Source of the DNA: Armatimonadota bacterium
GTDB lineage: Bacteria > Sysuimicrobiota > Sysuimicrobiia > Sysuimicrobiales > Humicultoraceae
Direction: 5' to 3'
Assembly (NCBI GenBank): GCA_037443365.1
Contig: JBBIOM010000006.1
Location: 8,642 to 72,641 of the forward strand
Length of the DNA stretch: 64,000 nucleotides
The translations under genes and the position numbers were made by a program. Under the pieces are notes generated by a model. That model ran no database searches. It was given only the letters and a program-made list of their open reading frames with translations, and had not been told where the DNA came from. How positions within the stretch are numbered: position 1 is the stretch's first letter; each line of letters begins with the position of its first letter. This document shows positions 1-8,720 of this stretch, piece by piece.

Positions 1-78
1 GGGTGCCTGATCAGCCCTGGGAGGGGCCTCCCCGCCCGCGGTAGGCGCCTCGGCGAGGTTGACGCTCGCTGTGAGGTG

Positions 79-210
79 TATCGCTCCCTGCACGGCGGGG
101 TTGTCGTGGTTTGGGAACTCATGGAAGTCTCCCATGCCGCTGCCGTCCGAGTCGCGGAAGGCCCGCACGTGCAACTGATATATGACAGCGTCCTTGTACC
201 AGTCGCTCGT
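79..210 (-). pseudogene. treS: Remnant of trehalose synthase (TreS, GH13) with a large internal deletion
   Basis: The minus frame reads SDWYKDAVIYQLHVRAFRDSDGSGMGDF (TreS N-terminus), joined directly to NHDNPAVQGAI (like the later LNYDNPAVQ motif). There is an in-frame TGA at 217-219 and no start codon. Confidence 0.6.
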
Positions 211-232
211 GGCGGATCACCCCTGGTGGTTC

Positions 233-853
233 CTACTCCCTGCCCACCTCGGCGTGCCTGAAGCAGCGCACCACGTGATCGTTCACCATCCCTGCGGCCT
301 GCATGAAGGCGTAGCAGATCGTCGAGCCCACAAACCGAAAGCCGCGGACCCGGAGATCGCGGCTCATCGCGTCGGACTCCCTGCTTGTCGCAGGGATCCG
401 CGATTCACTGCGGAACCGGTGCGCGATCGGACGCCCGCCGACGAACTGCCATATGTAGCGGTCGAACGTGCCAAACTCGGCCTGCACCTCCAGGAACCGC
501 CTCGCGTTGCCGACCGTCGCCTCGACCTTCCCCCGGTTACGGATGATGCCCGGGTCGCCCAGCAGCCGCCGCAGGTCGCGCGCGGTGTACCGGGCTATCC
601 GCGCCGGATCGAATCCGTGCAGGGCCCGGCGGAAGTGCTCGCGCTTCTTGAGGATGATCGCCCAGCTCAGCCCGGCCTGAAACGCGTCGAGCACGAGGAA
701 CTCGAACAGCCTGCGGTCGTCGTGCAGCGGCACGCCCCACTCGACGTCGTGGTAGGAGGCCATCAGCGGGTCGGAGTTGGCCCAGGCGCAGCGCTTCGGG
801 GTCAAGGGTAGCCGGCGGCCTCCCCCGGATCCCCTGCCCGGCCCGACAGCCAC
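233..853 (-). CDS. tag: DNA-3-methyladenine glycosylase I
   Basis: Motifs RCAWA, YHDxEWG, FQAGLSW, GIIRNRGK, FVGSTICYAFMQAAGMVNDH. The start may instead be TTG at 805. Confidence 0.95.
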   Translation of the reverse strand: MAVGPGRGSGGGRRLPLTPKRCAWANSDPLMASYHDVEWGVPLHDDRRLFEFLVLDAFQAGLSWAIILKKREHFRRALHGFDPARIARYTARDLRRLLGDPGIIRNRGKVEATVGNARRFLEVQAEFGTFDRYIWQFVGGRPIAHRFRSESRIPATSRESDAMSRDLRVRGFRFVGSTICYAFMQAAGMVNDHVVRCFRHAEVGRE

Positions 854-1452
854 GCCTCCTCCACGGCAGCGCAGATCGCGTGTCCGATGGCGATGTGCGC
901 CTCCTGAATCAGCGCGGTCTCATCCGAGGGCGCGCGAAGCGCCACATCGGCTAGCGCCGCAAGCCCGCCGCCGTCCCGGCCGGTCATTGCGATGACCGCG
1001 GCACCCCTGCGCCGGGCTGCCTGGGCCCCCTCAACCGCGCTCGCGGATTCGCCGCTCGTGGAGATCGCCATCACCACGTCGCCCGGGCGGACCAGCGCCT
1101 CGACCTGGCGCGCGAAGACCTGGGCGTATCCGAAGTCGTTGGCGATCGAGGTGAGCACCGAGGTATCCGTCGTGAGGGCGACCGCCGGGATCGGCGCCCT
1201 TGGGCGGGAGAACCTTCCCACGTACTCGGCCGCGAGGTGCTGGGCGTCGGCGGCCGATCCGCCGTTGCCCAGCAGGAATACCCTCCCGCCGCAGGTGACG
1301 GACTCGATGACCAGGCAAGCCGCGGCGGCGATCTTCTCGGCCTCAAGCAACAGGCACTCCTGCCTGACCGCGATGCCCGCGGCGAGGTGCGCCCTCACGC
1401 GCTCAAGCGCCGTCTCATCGCCCCGCACGCGGGCACGCTCATCTTCGGTCAT
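802..1452 (-). CDS. gmhA: Phosphoheptose (sedoheptulose-7-phosphate) isomerase, SIS domain
   Basis: Motifs GNGGSAADAQHLAAE, NDFGY..VFARQV, ISTSG, IQEAH. Start placed at ATG 1452. Confidence 0.9.
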   Translation of the reverse strand: MTEDERARVRGDETALERVRAHLAAGIAVRQECLLLEAEKIAAAACLVIESVTCGGRVFLLGNGGSAADAQHLAAEYVGRFSRPRAPIPAVALTTDTSVLTSIANDFGYAQVFARQVEALVRPGDVVMAISTSGESASAVEGAQAARRRGAAVIAMTGRDGGGLAALADVALRAPSDETALIQEAHIAIGHAICAAVEEAWLSGRAGDPGEAAGYP

Positions 1453-1577
1453 GACGAGCACCTGTTCGCCGCCGCCCGAAGGGTTCCTGGCGGTAAGGTG
1501 CCTGGGGCCACCCTGGAGGGGTCCCGGGCCCCGGATAGAACTTCTGACGTGATCCAATCTCAAGGAGGAAGCTCTCG

Positions 1578-2582
1578 ATGTCGCGATTGCTTGCATTCCT
1601 GCTCTTGGTTGTCCTGCTGCTCCCGGCATCCCCAGCGAGGGCGCAGGCGCCGTCACTGACCGTGTATTCCAGCGTGGACGAGGAGAACGCCCGCAAGATC
1701 CTGGGCGCGTTCAGCCGGGCCACCGGTATCGAGGCGCGGATAACCTTCCTTTCGACCGGTCCGGCCTTGGCGCGGCTGGAGGCCGAGCGCGGCAATCCCC
1801 AGGCGGACGTCTGGTTCGGCGCGCCGAGCGAGAACCACGTGGACGCCAAGATCCGCGGGCTCACCCAGCCCTACGCCTCACCGGGTGCCGCGGCGCTCGA
1901 CGCCCGGTTCCGCGACCCGGAGAACTACTGGGTGAGCTTCTACATGAACCCGCTGGGGTTTGGTCTGAACACCAAGGTGCTGGACGACCGTAGAATCAAG
2001 CGGCCGCTCTCCTGGCAGGACCTGCTCAGCCCCCAGCTCCGAGGGTTGATCCAGATGCCGAGCCCGCAGACCTCGGGAACCGCCTACAACATGGTGGTCT
2101 CTCTGGTGCAGATCATGGGCGAGGACAAGGCGTTTGCGTACATGCGGCAGCTCCATCCCAACATCCAGACCTACACCACCAGCGGGACAGCACCTTCGCG
2201 CGCGGTGGCGTTCGGCGAGGTGGCCATAGGCATCCAGTTCACACCCGCGCTCTACCAGCTCTACTTCCGCGGGTACCCCTTGCTTACGGTCTTCCCCAAG
2301 GAGGGCGTGGGTTTTGAGGCGCCGGCGATCTCGATCGTCAAGGGAACGCGGCGCGAGGCCGAGGCCCGGCGGCTCGTGGACTGGATGATCTCTCCCGAAG
2401 GGCAGAACAGTCTGGCCGAGCACGAGACCTTCTTCTTCCCGGTGAGCGAGAAGGCAAAGCGGCAGCCCGGCCTGCCCGCGCTGCGCCTGGTCCCGCTCAT
2501 CAAATACGACGTGGACTTCGCGGGCAAGAACCGCGTGCGCCTGGTGAACCGCTGGCTCAACGAGGTGCTGGGCGGCCGCTAG
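1578..2582 (+). CDS. ABC transporter substrate-binding protein, AfuA/FbpA-like
   Basis: Signal peptide; motifs NPQADVW, PQTSGTAY, EGVGFE; AGGAGG RBS. Confidence 0.9.
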   Translation: MSRLLAFLLLVVLLLPASPARAQAPSLTVYSSVDEENARKILGAFSRATGIEARITFLSTGPALARLEAERGNPQADVWFGAPSENHVDAKIRGLTQPYASPGAAALDARFRDPENYWVSFYMNPLGFGLNTKVLDDRRIKRPLSWQDLLSPQLRGLIQMPSPQTSGTAYNMVVSLVQIMGEDKAFAYMRQLHPNIQTYTTSGTAPSRAVAFGEVAIGIQFTPALYQLYFRGYPLLTVFPKEGVGFEAPAISIVKGTRREAEARRLVDWMISPEGQNSLAEHETFFFPVSEKAKRQPGLPALRLVPLIKYDVDFAGKNRVRLVNRWLNEVLGGR

Positions 2583-2585
2583 GGC

Positions 2586-4286
2586 ATGTGCAGCGCTGGG
2601 GTTGCCGACGCGGGTCTCCCCCAGGGCAGGGGAGGCCTGCGTCGGCTGCTCGCCGATCCGGTCATACTGCTGGCGGCCGCGCTGATCCAGGCCGCGCTGC
2701 TGATCTTCATCATCTGGCCGCTCATCCGTGTCCTGGTTGTCAGTCTCACACCGGGCGGAGTGCTGTCACTGGACGCGTACCGCGACCAGTTGCGGTCGTG
2801 GTACGTGCAGCGGGCCGTGGTCAACAGCCTGATGGTAGGCGGGTTGACCGCGGCGGTCAGCGTGGCGCTCGGGTTCGCCTACGCCTACACGCTGGTCCGC
2901 ACGGCCGTCCCGCTCAAACGACTGTTCCATCTGCTGGCGATCCTGCCGATCGTCTCGCCGCCGTTCGTTTCGTCAATCGCGATCATCCTGTTGTTCGGCC
3001 GGGGCGGGATCGTGACCTCGGGGCTGCTGGGCCTGAGGGACTTCAACATCTACGGCTTCAAGGGGCTGCTGCTGGCGCAGGTGATGACCTTTGCGCCCGT
3101 GGCCTACCTGGTGCTCCGCGGGGTGCTGGAGGGGATTGACCCAACCCTGGAGGACGCCGCGCTCAACCTGGGGGCGCGGCGCTGGACGGTCTTTCGCCGT
3201 GTGCTCCTGCCCCTGGCGGTCCCCGGAATCACGAGCGCGTTCCTGGTGGTGTTTATCGAATCGCTGGCCGACTTCGGGAACCCCCTGCTGCTGGCCGGGA
3301 GCGCGTTCCCGGTGCTGTCGGTGCAGGCCTACCTGCAGATCACAGGCATGTTCAACCTGCAGGCGGGCGCGGCGCTGTCGGTGCTGCTGCTCGCCCCGTC
3401 GGTCGGCGCATTCGTTCTCTACCGGCTCATCGTGGGGAGACGGCGCTACGTGACCGTGACGGGCAAGCCTGGCCGGTCGTCGCTCAAGGCCACGAGCCCG
3501 ACGGCTACGTGGCTGCTGTTCGGCGTCACCGCGGCCACCGCCGGGGTCGTTGTCATGTTCTACGGGGTCATCGTGGCCGGCGCGCTCGCGCGCACCTGGG
3601 GCGTGGACAACACGCCGTCGCTTGAGGCGCTGCGGTACGTGCTCGTCGTGGGGCGCGAGACGATAAGGGACACGCTGGCCATAGCGGTCACCGCCACCCC
3701 GATCTCCGGCCTGCTGGGCATGACCATAGCGTTCCTGGTCGTGCGCCGGAAGTTCCCCGGGCGGGGCGGGCTCGAGCTGACGTCGCTGCTCAACTTCGCG
3801 CTACCGGGCACCGTGGTTGGCATCGGCTACATCCTGGCGTTCAACCAGCGGCCGCTGCTGTTGACCGGCACCATGGCGATCCTGGTGGCCTGCTTCGTTT
3901 TCCGTTATGTGCCCGTGGGGATTCAGGCGGGCATCGCCGTCCTCCGGCAGATAGACCCTTCGATCGAGGAGGCGGCGCAGAACCTGGGGGCATCCAGCGT
4001 GGTGACCTTCCGACGCGTCACGCTGCCGCTCGTACGGCCGGCGTTCTTCTCGGCCCTGGTCTTTGCGTTCGTGCGGGCGATGACCGCGATCAGCGCCGCG
4101 GTATTCCTGGTATCGGCTAACTGGAACCTGATGACCGTGCAGATCCTAAGCGAGGTGGGGTCGGGCCGGTACAACGCCGCCGCCGCCTACAGTCTGGTTC
4201 TGCTGGCGCTGGTGATCGTGGCCATCGGGATCATCGGGCTGCTGCTCCGGCGTGGATACAGCCCGGTGCAGGGGAGGTTTCTCTGA
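2586..4286 (+). CDS. ABC transporter permease, FbpB/AfuB type (two EAA loops)
   Basis: Polytopic membrane protein with EDAALNLGA and EEAAQNLGA motifs. Confidence 0.92.
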   Translation: MCSAGVADAGLPQGRGGLRRLLADPVILLAAALIQAALLIFIIWPLIRVLVVSLTPGGVLSLDAYRDQLRSWYVQRAVVNSLMVGGLTAAVSVALGFAYAYTLVRTAVPLKRLFHLLAILPIVSPPFVSSIAIILLFGRGGIVTSGLLGLRDFNIYGFKGLLLAQVMTFAPVAYLVLRGVLEGIDPTLEDAALNLGARRWTVFRRVLLPLAVPGITSAFLVVFIESLADFGNPLLLAGSAFPVLSVQAYLQITGMFNLQAGAALSVLLLAPSVGAFVLYRLIVGRRRYVTVTGKPGRSSLKATSPTATWLLFGVTAATAGVVVMFYGVIVAGALARTWGVDNTPSLEALRYVLVVGRETIRDTLAIAVTATPISGLLGMTIAFLVVRRKFPGRGGLELTSLLNFALPGTVVGIGYILAFNQRPLLLTGTMAILVACFVFRYVPVGIQAGIAVLRQIDPSIEEAAQNLGASSVVTFRRVTLPLVRPAFFSALVFAFVRAMTAISAAVFLVSANWNLMTVQILSEVGSGRYNAAAAYSLVLLALVIVAIGIIGLLLRRGYSPVQGRFL

Positions 4287-5398
4287 TGTTGGCGCATGAG
4301 ACCCCACCATCCGCGGGCGAGATATCCCTGCGCGTGGAGCGCGTGACCAAGGTATTCGCCGACCCCACCGGCGCGCCGGTGACTGCGGTGGACGACGTGT
4401 CCCTCGCGGTGGAGGCCGGGGAGTTCGTGTCGCTGCTGGGCCCGAGCGGCTGTGGCAAGACCACGCTGCTGCGCGTGATCGCCGGCTTCGAGACGCCGAC
4501 CGCCGGTGAGATAGAACTTGGGGGGCAGCGCGTGACGCACCTGCCGCCCGACGCGCGCGGGACCGCCATGGTCTTCCAGTCCTACGCGCTCTTTCCGCAC
4601 CTGGACGTCTTCGAGAACGTGGCGTTCGGGCTCCGGGTGCGCGGGACGGATGAAGCCGAGACGCGCCAGCGCGTCACCGACGCCCTGGCGCTGGTCGGGC
4701 TCGAAGGCCTCTCCAGGCGCTCCCCCGATCAGCTCAGCGGCGGGCAGCAGCAGCGGGTCGCCGTGGCACGGGCCGTGGTCACCCGGCCCCGTGTGCTGCT
4801 CCTGGACGAGCCCCTGTCCAACCTCGACGCCAAGCTGCGCGAGCAGATGCGCGTGGAGTTGCGGCGCATTCAGCGCGAGGTCGGGATCACGGCGATCTAC
4901 GTCACGCACGATCAGGTTGAGGCGATGACCCTGGCCGATCGCATCGTGGTGCTGGACCGTGGGCGCGTGCAGCAGGTCGCCTCGCCCGCGGAGCTCTACG
5001 CGCGCCCGGCTAACGCCTTCGTGGCCGCGTTCGTCGGCAAGGTCAACCTGCTGGAGGGGCGGGTCCTGGAGACCCGGGATGGGGCCTGCCGCGTGGCGCT
5101 GCCCGCGATGGAAGCCGTGGTGCCCCTGGCGCGCCCGATCGCAACCGGCGCGCGCGTGGGCGTTGTGGTCCGTCCCGAGACCGTGCACCTGGCGCGCGAG
5201 GGAGCCTTGCGCGGCACGGTGCGCCGCGCCGTCTACCTGGGTTCACAGGTGGAATACGAGGTCGAGGTGGGAGGGACACTCCTGCAGGCCATCGGCCGGA
5301 GCCCCCTCGAGGAAGGGATATTCCGCGAAGGCGAGGGCGTGGGCGTGTCGATTGGCTTCCAGGTCGCCCACCTGCTCGATCTGGAGGGTGGGGCCTAG
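4286..5398 (+). CDS. ABC transporter ATP-binding protein (PotA/FbpC type, TOBE domain)
   Basis: Motifs GPSGCGKT, LSGGQQQR, LLLDEPLSNLD. Confidence 0.95.
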   Translation: MLAHETPPSAGEISLRVERVTKVFADPTGAPVTAVDDVSLAVEAGEFVSLLGPSGCGKTTLLRVIAGFETPTAGEIELGGQRVTHLPPDARGTAMVFQSYALFPHLDVFENVAFGLRVRGTDEAETRQRVTDALALVGLEGLSRRSPDQLSGGQQQRVAVARAVVTRPRVLLLDEPLSNLDAKLREQMRVELRRIQREVGITAIYVTHDQVEAMTLADRIVVLDRGRVQQVASPAELYARPANAFVAAFVGKVNLLEGRVLETRDGACRVALPAMEAVVPLARPIATGARVGVVVRPETVHLAREGALRGTVRRAVYLGSQVEYEVEVGGTLLQAIGRSPLEEGIFREGEGVGVSIGFQVAHLLDLEGGA

Positions 5399-5820
5399 AG
5401 GCCCCGTATGACCACGGCTCCGTTCTCGGTCTTGATCCGTCCCAGGAACTCGTGGAACCCGTCCATCTGGCCCAGCAGGCTCACCGTTCCCCTGGTGTGC
5501 GCCAGCCGGATCACCGGGCTGAACGGCCCGGTCGTGATGGAAGTGATGTCCTTCGGCTCCAGCGCCGTCCGCCGCAGCATCGCCCGGAAGACGATGGGCT
5601 CTCCAGGCCTGCAGGTGATCTCGAACGGCGTCGAGAGGTAGACGTACCAGGCCCACAGCAGGGCGAAGACCCAGGCCGCGGCGAAGATCGCCATGGGAAG
5701 ACGGGACTCGTAGAGCTTGGGCAGCTGCGCCATGACCATGGGGCCTACGAATATGGTCAGGATGACGAGCAGCGAGAAGTGGAAGATGAGCGTGCCCCTG
5801 GCCGTCCGGTATGTGGTCAC
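5395..5820 (-). CDS. Hypothetical membrane protein (two TM helices plus a small soluble domain)
   Basis: AGGAGGT RBS before the GTG start, two hydrophobic segments, and it fills the gap between neighbouring genes. Confidence 0.7.
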   Translation of the reverse strand: MTTYRTARGTLIFHFSLLVILTIFVGPMVMAQLPKLYESRLPMAIFAAAWVFALLWAWYVYLSTPFEITCRPGEPIVFRAMLRRTALEPKDITSITTGPFSPVIRLAHTRGTVSLLGQMDGFHEFLGRIKTENGAVVIRGL

Positions 5821-5901
5821 AGGCCGTCACCTCCTTAGAGACTCCCCATGCACATTCCCGCCCGTTGCGCAGTTTCCCTGCGCACGGCCATGGAGGAACC
5901 G

Positions 5902-7884
5902 ATGAGCAGGCGTCCGATCGAGATAGAGGATCTCTTGAAGATACGCCTTCCCCACCAGGCCGCGCTCTCGCCCGACGGGGGCCGCGTGGTCTTTGCGCTG
6001 GCGCGCCTCGATTGCGAGGCCAACGAGATCAGGAGCCATCTGTGGATGGTGCCCACGTCTGGCGGGGCGCCGCGCCCATTCACCGGGGACGAGGCGCGCG
6101 ACGCCAGTCCTGTCTGGTCTCCGGACGGCCAGTGGATAGCGTTCCTGTCCAGCCGGGGCGGCAGGCGGCGCGGCCGCAGGCGCGCGGCGATGCAGCTGTG
6201 GGTCATGCCCTCCGACGGCGGGGAAGCGCGGCAGTTGACCTTCTTCAAGGCCGGCGTGAGTCAGCCGGCTTGGTCGCCTGACGGGCAGGCGCTCGCCTTT
6301 GTCTCGCGGGGAGATCCCGGCGAGGTCGAGACCGCGGACGCCGACGAAGAGATGATCGTCCGGGAGATAACCCGCCCGAAGTACAAGTTCGACGCGATGG
6401 GGTTCCTCGAGGGGTACGCCCACGTCTGGACCGTCCCCCGCGCAGGTGGGGAGCCGGTCCGGCTGACCGAGGGCGACCACGATCACGATTCGCCGGCGTG
6501 GCTGCCGGGTGGGCGCGAGGTGGTGTTCATCGCCAACCGCACACCCGAGGCGGACCTGTCGTTCGTGCGCGATCTCTGGGCCGCGGATGCGCGGACGCGC
6601 GCGCTGCGCCAGATCACGCGCAGCACCGGGCCGACCGTCTCGCCGGCGCCCTCGCCGGACGGCCGCTGGGTGGCATTCGTTGGGCACGACTTCCACGCCA
6701 AGAGCGCGACGAACTTCGGCGTGTGGGTCGTGCCGTCTTCGGGCGGCGAGGCGGTCAACCTCACGGCCGGGCTAGATCGATCGGTGGGGAACGCGGTGGG
6801 CAGCGATGTGCGCCTGGCCCCGATGTTCCCGACCATAGCCTGGACGCATGACGGCGGCGCGGTGCTGTTCTACGCCACCGATGCCGGCCGCACGAATCTC
6901 TACAGCGTGGGGCTGGCGGATCGCGCAGTCCAGAAGCTCACCAGCGGCGATGAGGTCATAGCCGATCTCACCGCGGCGGCCGGGCAGGTGGTCTACCAGC
7001 GCATCGGCCCGGCCGCGCTGGACGAGCTCTGGCTGCTCTCGGAATCGGGCTCGCCCCGTCGGCTCGCCGCCTTCAACGACGAGCTCATCTCCGGCCTCGA
7101 CCTCTGCGAGGGGCGGCACTTCGCCTACACGGCCTCCGACGGCTGGCCCATGGAGGGCTGGATGCTCACCCCGCCAGGCTTCGATCCCGGCAGGAAGTAC
7201 CCGGCGATACTGCGGATTCACGGAGGCCCGCACGCGGCCTACGGCTACGCTTTCAATCACTACGTGGCCCTGCTCGCGGCGGCGGGGTACGTCGTGGTGT
7301 GGACGAACCCGCGCGGCAGCCAGGGCTACGGCGAGGCGTTCACGCGGGCGGTCGTGAACGACTGGGGCGGCAAGGACAGCCAGGACATCCTCTGCGGGCT
7401 CGACCACGCCATCGCGGCGGGGTTCATTGACCCGGGCCGCGTGGCCGTCACCGGCGGCTCGTACGGCGGCTTCATGACCAACTGGCTGATCGGGCACACG
7501 CCGCGGTTCCGCTGCGCCGCGAGCGAGGTGTGCGTCAGCAACCTGTTCAGCTTCTACGGCACCAGCGACATAGGCGCCACGTGGGGCGAGCTGGAGTGGG
7601 GGGCGACGCCCTGGGACGACCCCGGCAAGCTGCTGCGGATGTCGCCCTTGATGTACGCGAAGAACGTCACCACCCCGGTGCTGATCATCGCCAACGAGGC
7701 CGATCACCGGTGCCCCGTCGAGCAGTCGGAGCAGTTCTACACGGCGCTGCGCAAGATGGGGAAGGAGGCGCAGTTCCTGCGGTTCCAGGGCGAGAGCCAC
7801 CAGATGAGCTCGAGCGGCCGGCCCAGGCCGCGGTTGGAGCGCCTGCGGAGGCTGGTTGCCTGGTTCGAAAGGTACCTCAAGTAG
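5902..7884 (+). CDS. S9 family peptidase (acylaminoacyl/dipeptidyl peptidase)
   Basis: WSPDG beta-propeller repeats, HGGPH, GGSYGG nucleophile motif, D-H-R-C and GESH. GGAGG RBS before ATG 5902. Confidence 0.95.
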   Translation: MSRRPIEIEDLLKIRLPHQAALSPDGGRVVFALARLDCEANEIRSHLWMVPTSGGAPRPFTGDEARDASPVWSPDGQWIAFLSSRGGRRRGRRRAAMQLWVMPSDGGEARQLTFFKAGVSQPAWSPDGQALAFVSRGDPGEVETADADEEMIVREITRPKYKFDAMGFLEGYAHVWTVPRAGGEPVRLTEGDHDHDSPAWLPGGREVVFIANRTPEADLSFVRDLWAADARTRALRQITRSTGPTVSPAPSPDGRWVAFVGHDFHAKSATNFGVWVVPSSGGEAVNLTAGLDRSVGNAVGSDVRLAPMFPTIAWTHDGGAVLFYATDAGRTNLYSVGLADRAVQKLTSGDEVIADLTAAAGQVVYQRIGPAALDELWLLSESGSPRRLAAFNDELISGLDLCEGRHFAYTASDGWPMEGWMLTPPGFDPGRKYPAILRIHGGPHAAYGYAFNHYVALLAAAGYVVVWTNPRGSQGYGEAFTRAVVNDWGGKDSQDILCGLDHAIAAGFIDPGRVAVTGGSYGGFMTNWLIGHTPRFRCAASEVCVSNLFSFYGTSDIGATWGELEWGATPWDDPGKLLRMSPLMYAKNVTTPVLIIANEADHRCPVEQSEQFYTALRKMGKEAQFLRFQGESHQMSSSGRPRPRLERLRRLVAWFERYLK

Positions 7885-7914
7885 AAGGAATCGCAGGCCC
7901 TCGGGGCGTAATAG

Positions 7915-7936
7915 TGGTCACTACCGGTAGTAACCA
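7915..7936. promoter_or_regulatory. Palindromic operator, probably for the adjacent GntR/UTRA regulator
   Basis: TGGTCACTACCGGTAGTAACCA is 20/22 palindromic and ends 12 bp before the gntR start. Confidence 0.6.
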
Positions 7937-7948
7937 GTCCGGGCGACG

Positions 7949-8707
7949 ATGAAGCTGCAGCGCCATCACACCATCCCACTTCACCGGCAGCTGGGTGCCG
8001 CGCTCACGCGCGCCATCCGGTCGGGCGAGATTCTGCCGGGCGGGCGCATCCCCTCTGAGCGTGAGATCTGCGAGGCCTATGGGGTCAGCCGCACGACGGT
8101 CCGGCAGACGATCCACGACCTGGTGGGCTCAGGCCTGCTGGAGCGCGTGCCGGCCAAGGGGACCTTCGTGGCGCGCCCCAAGATAGACCAGGACCTCTCG
8201 CGCGTGGTGCGCTTCTCAGACGCGGTCTCCGCGGCCGGATACAGGCCCGCGGCAAGGCTGCTTCGCACCGCCACCGCACCGGCGCCGGCCGCGGCCGCCA
8301 AGGCCCTGGGGCTGTCGCAGGGTGAGACGGTGGTCGTGGTGGACCTGGTCAGCACGGCCGACGGCGCGCCGCTGGCGTTCTACCGGATACACCTGCCCCC
8401 TGATACCGGGGAACCCACGGCGCGTGCCCTGCTGGCCGCGGAGGCCGAGGGCCGCGTGACCTTCGGGCTGGTGCTGGAGCACGTGCGCCGCGTTGCCGGG
8501 CTGGAGCCGGCCCAGGTCGTGCAGACCTACGAGGCCGCGCCTGCCTCGGAGGAGGTCGCCCGCGTTCTGCAGATCAAGGAGGGAACGCCGGTGGTGGCCA
8601 GTGCCCGGACCGTGCTTGCCGCGTCCGGGGAGCCGATTACGCACGATGACGCGTACTACCGCGGCGACCGCTATCGCTTCACGATCCGCCGCGCGTATTC
8701 GATTTGA
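7949..8707 (+). CDS. GntR family transcriptional regulator (HutC/UTRA)
   Basis: PSERE...YGVSRTTVRQ HTH, KGTFV, and a C-terminal YRGDRYRF UTRA domain. Confidence 0.93.
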   Translation: MKLQRHHTIPLHRQLGAALTRAIRSGEILPGGRIPSEREICEAYGVSRTTVRQTIHDLVGSGLLERVPAKGTFVARPKIDQDLSRVVRFSDAVSAAGYRPAARLLRTATAPAPAAAAKALGLSQGETVVVVDLVSTADGAPLAFYRIHLPPDTGEPTARALLAAEAEGRVTFGLVLEHVRRVAGLEPAQVVQTYEAAPASEEVARVLQIKEGTPVVASARTVLAASGEPITHDDAYYRGDRYRFTIRRAYSI

Positions 8708-8720
8708 GGAGGGAGAGACG

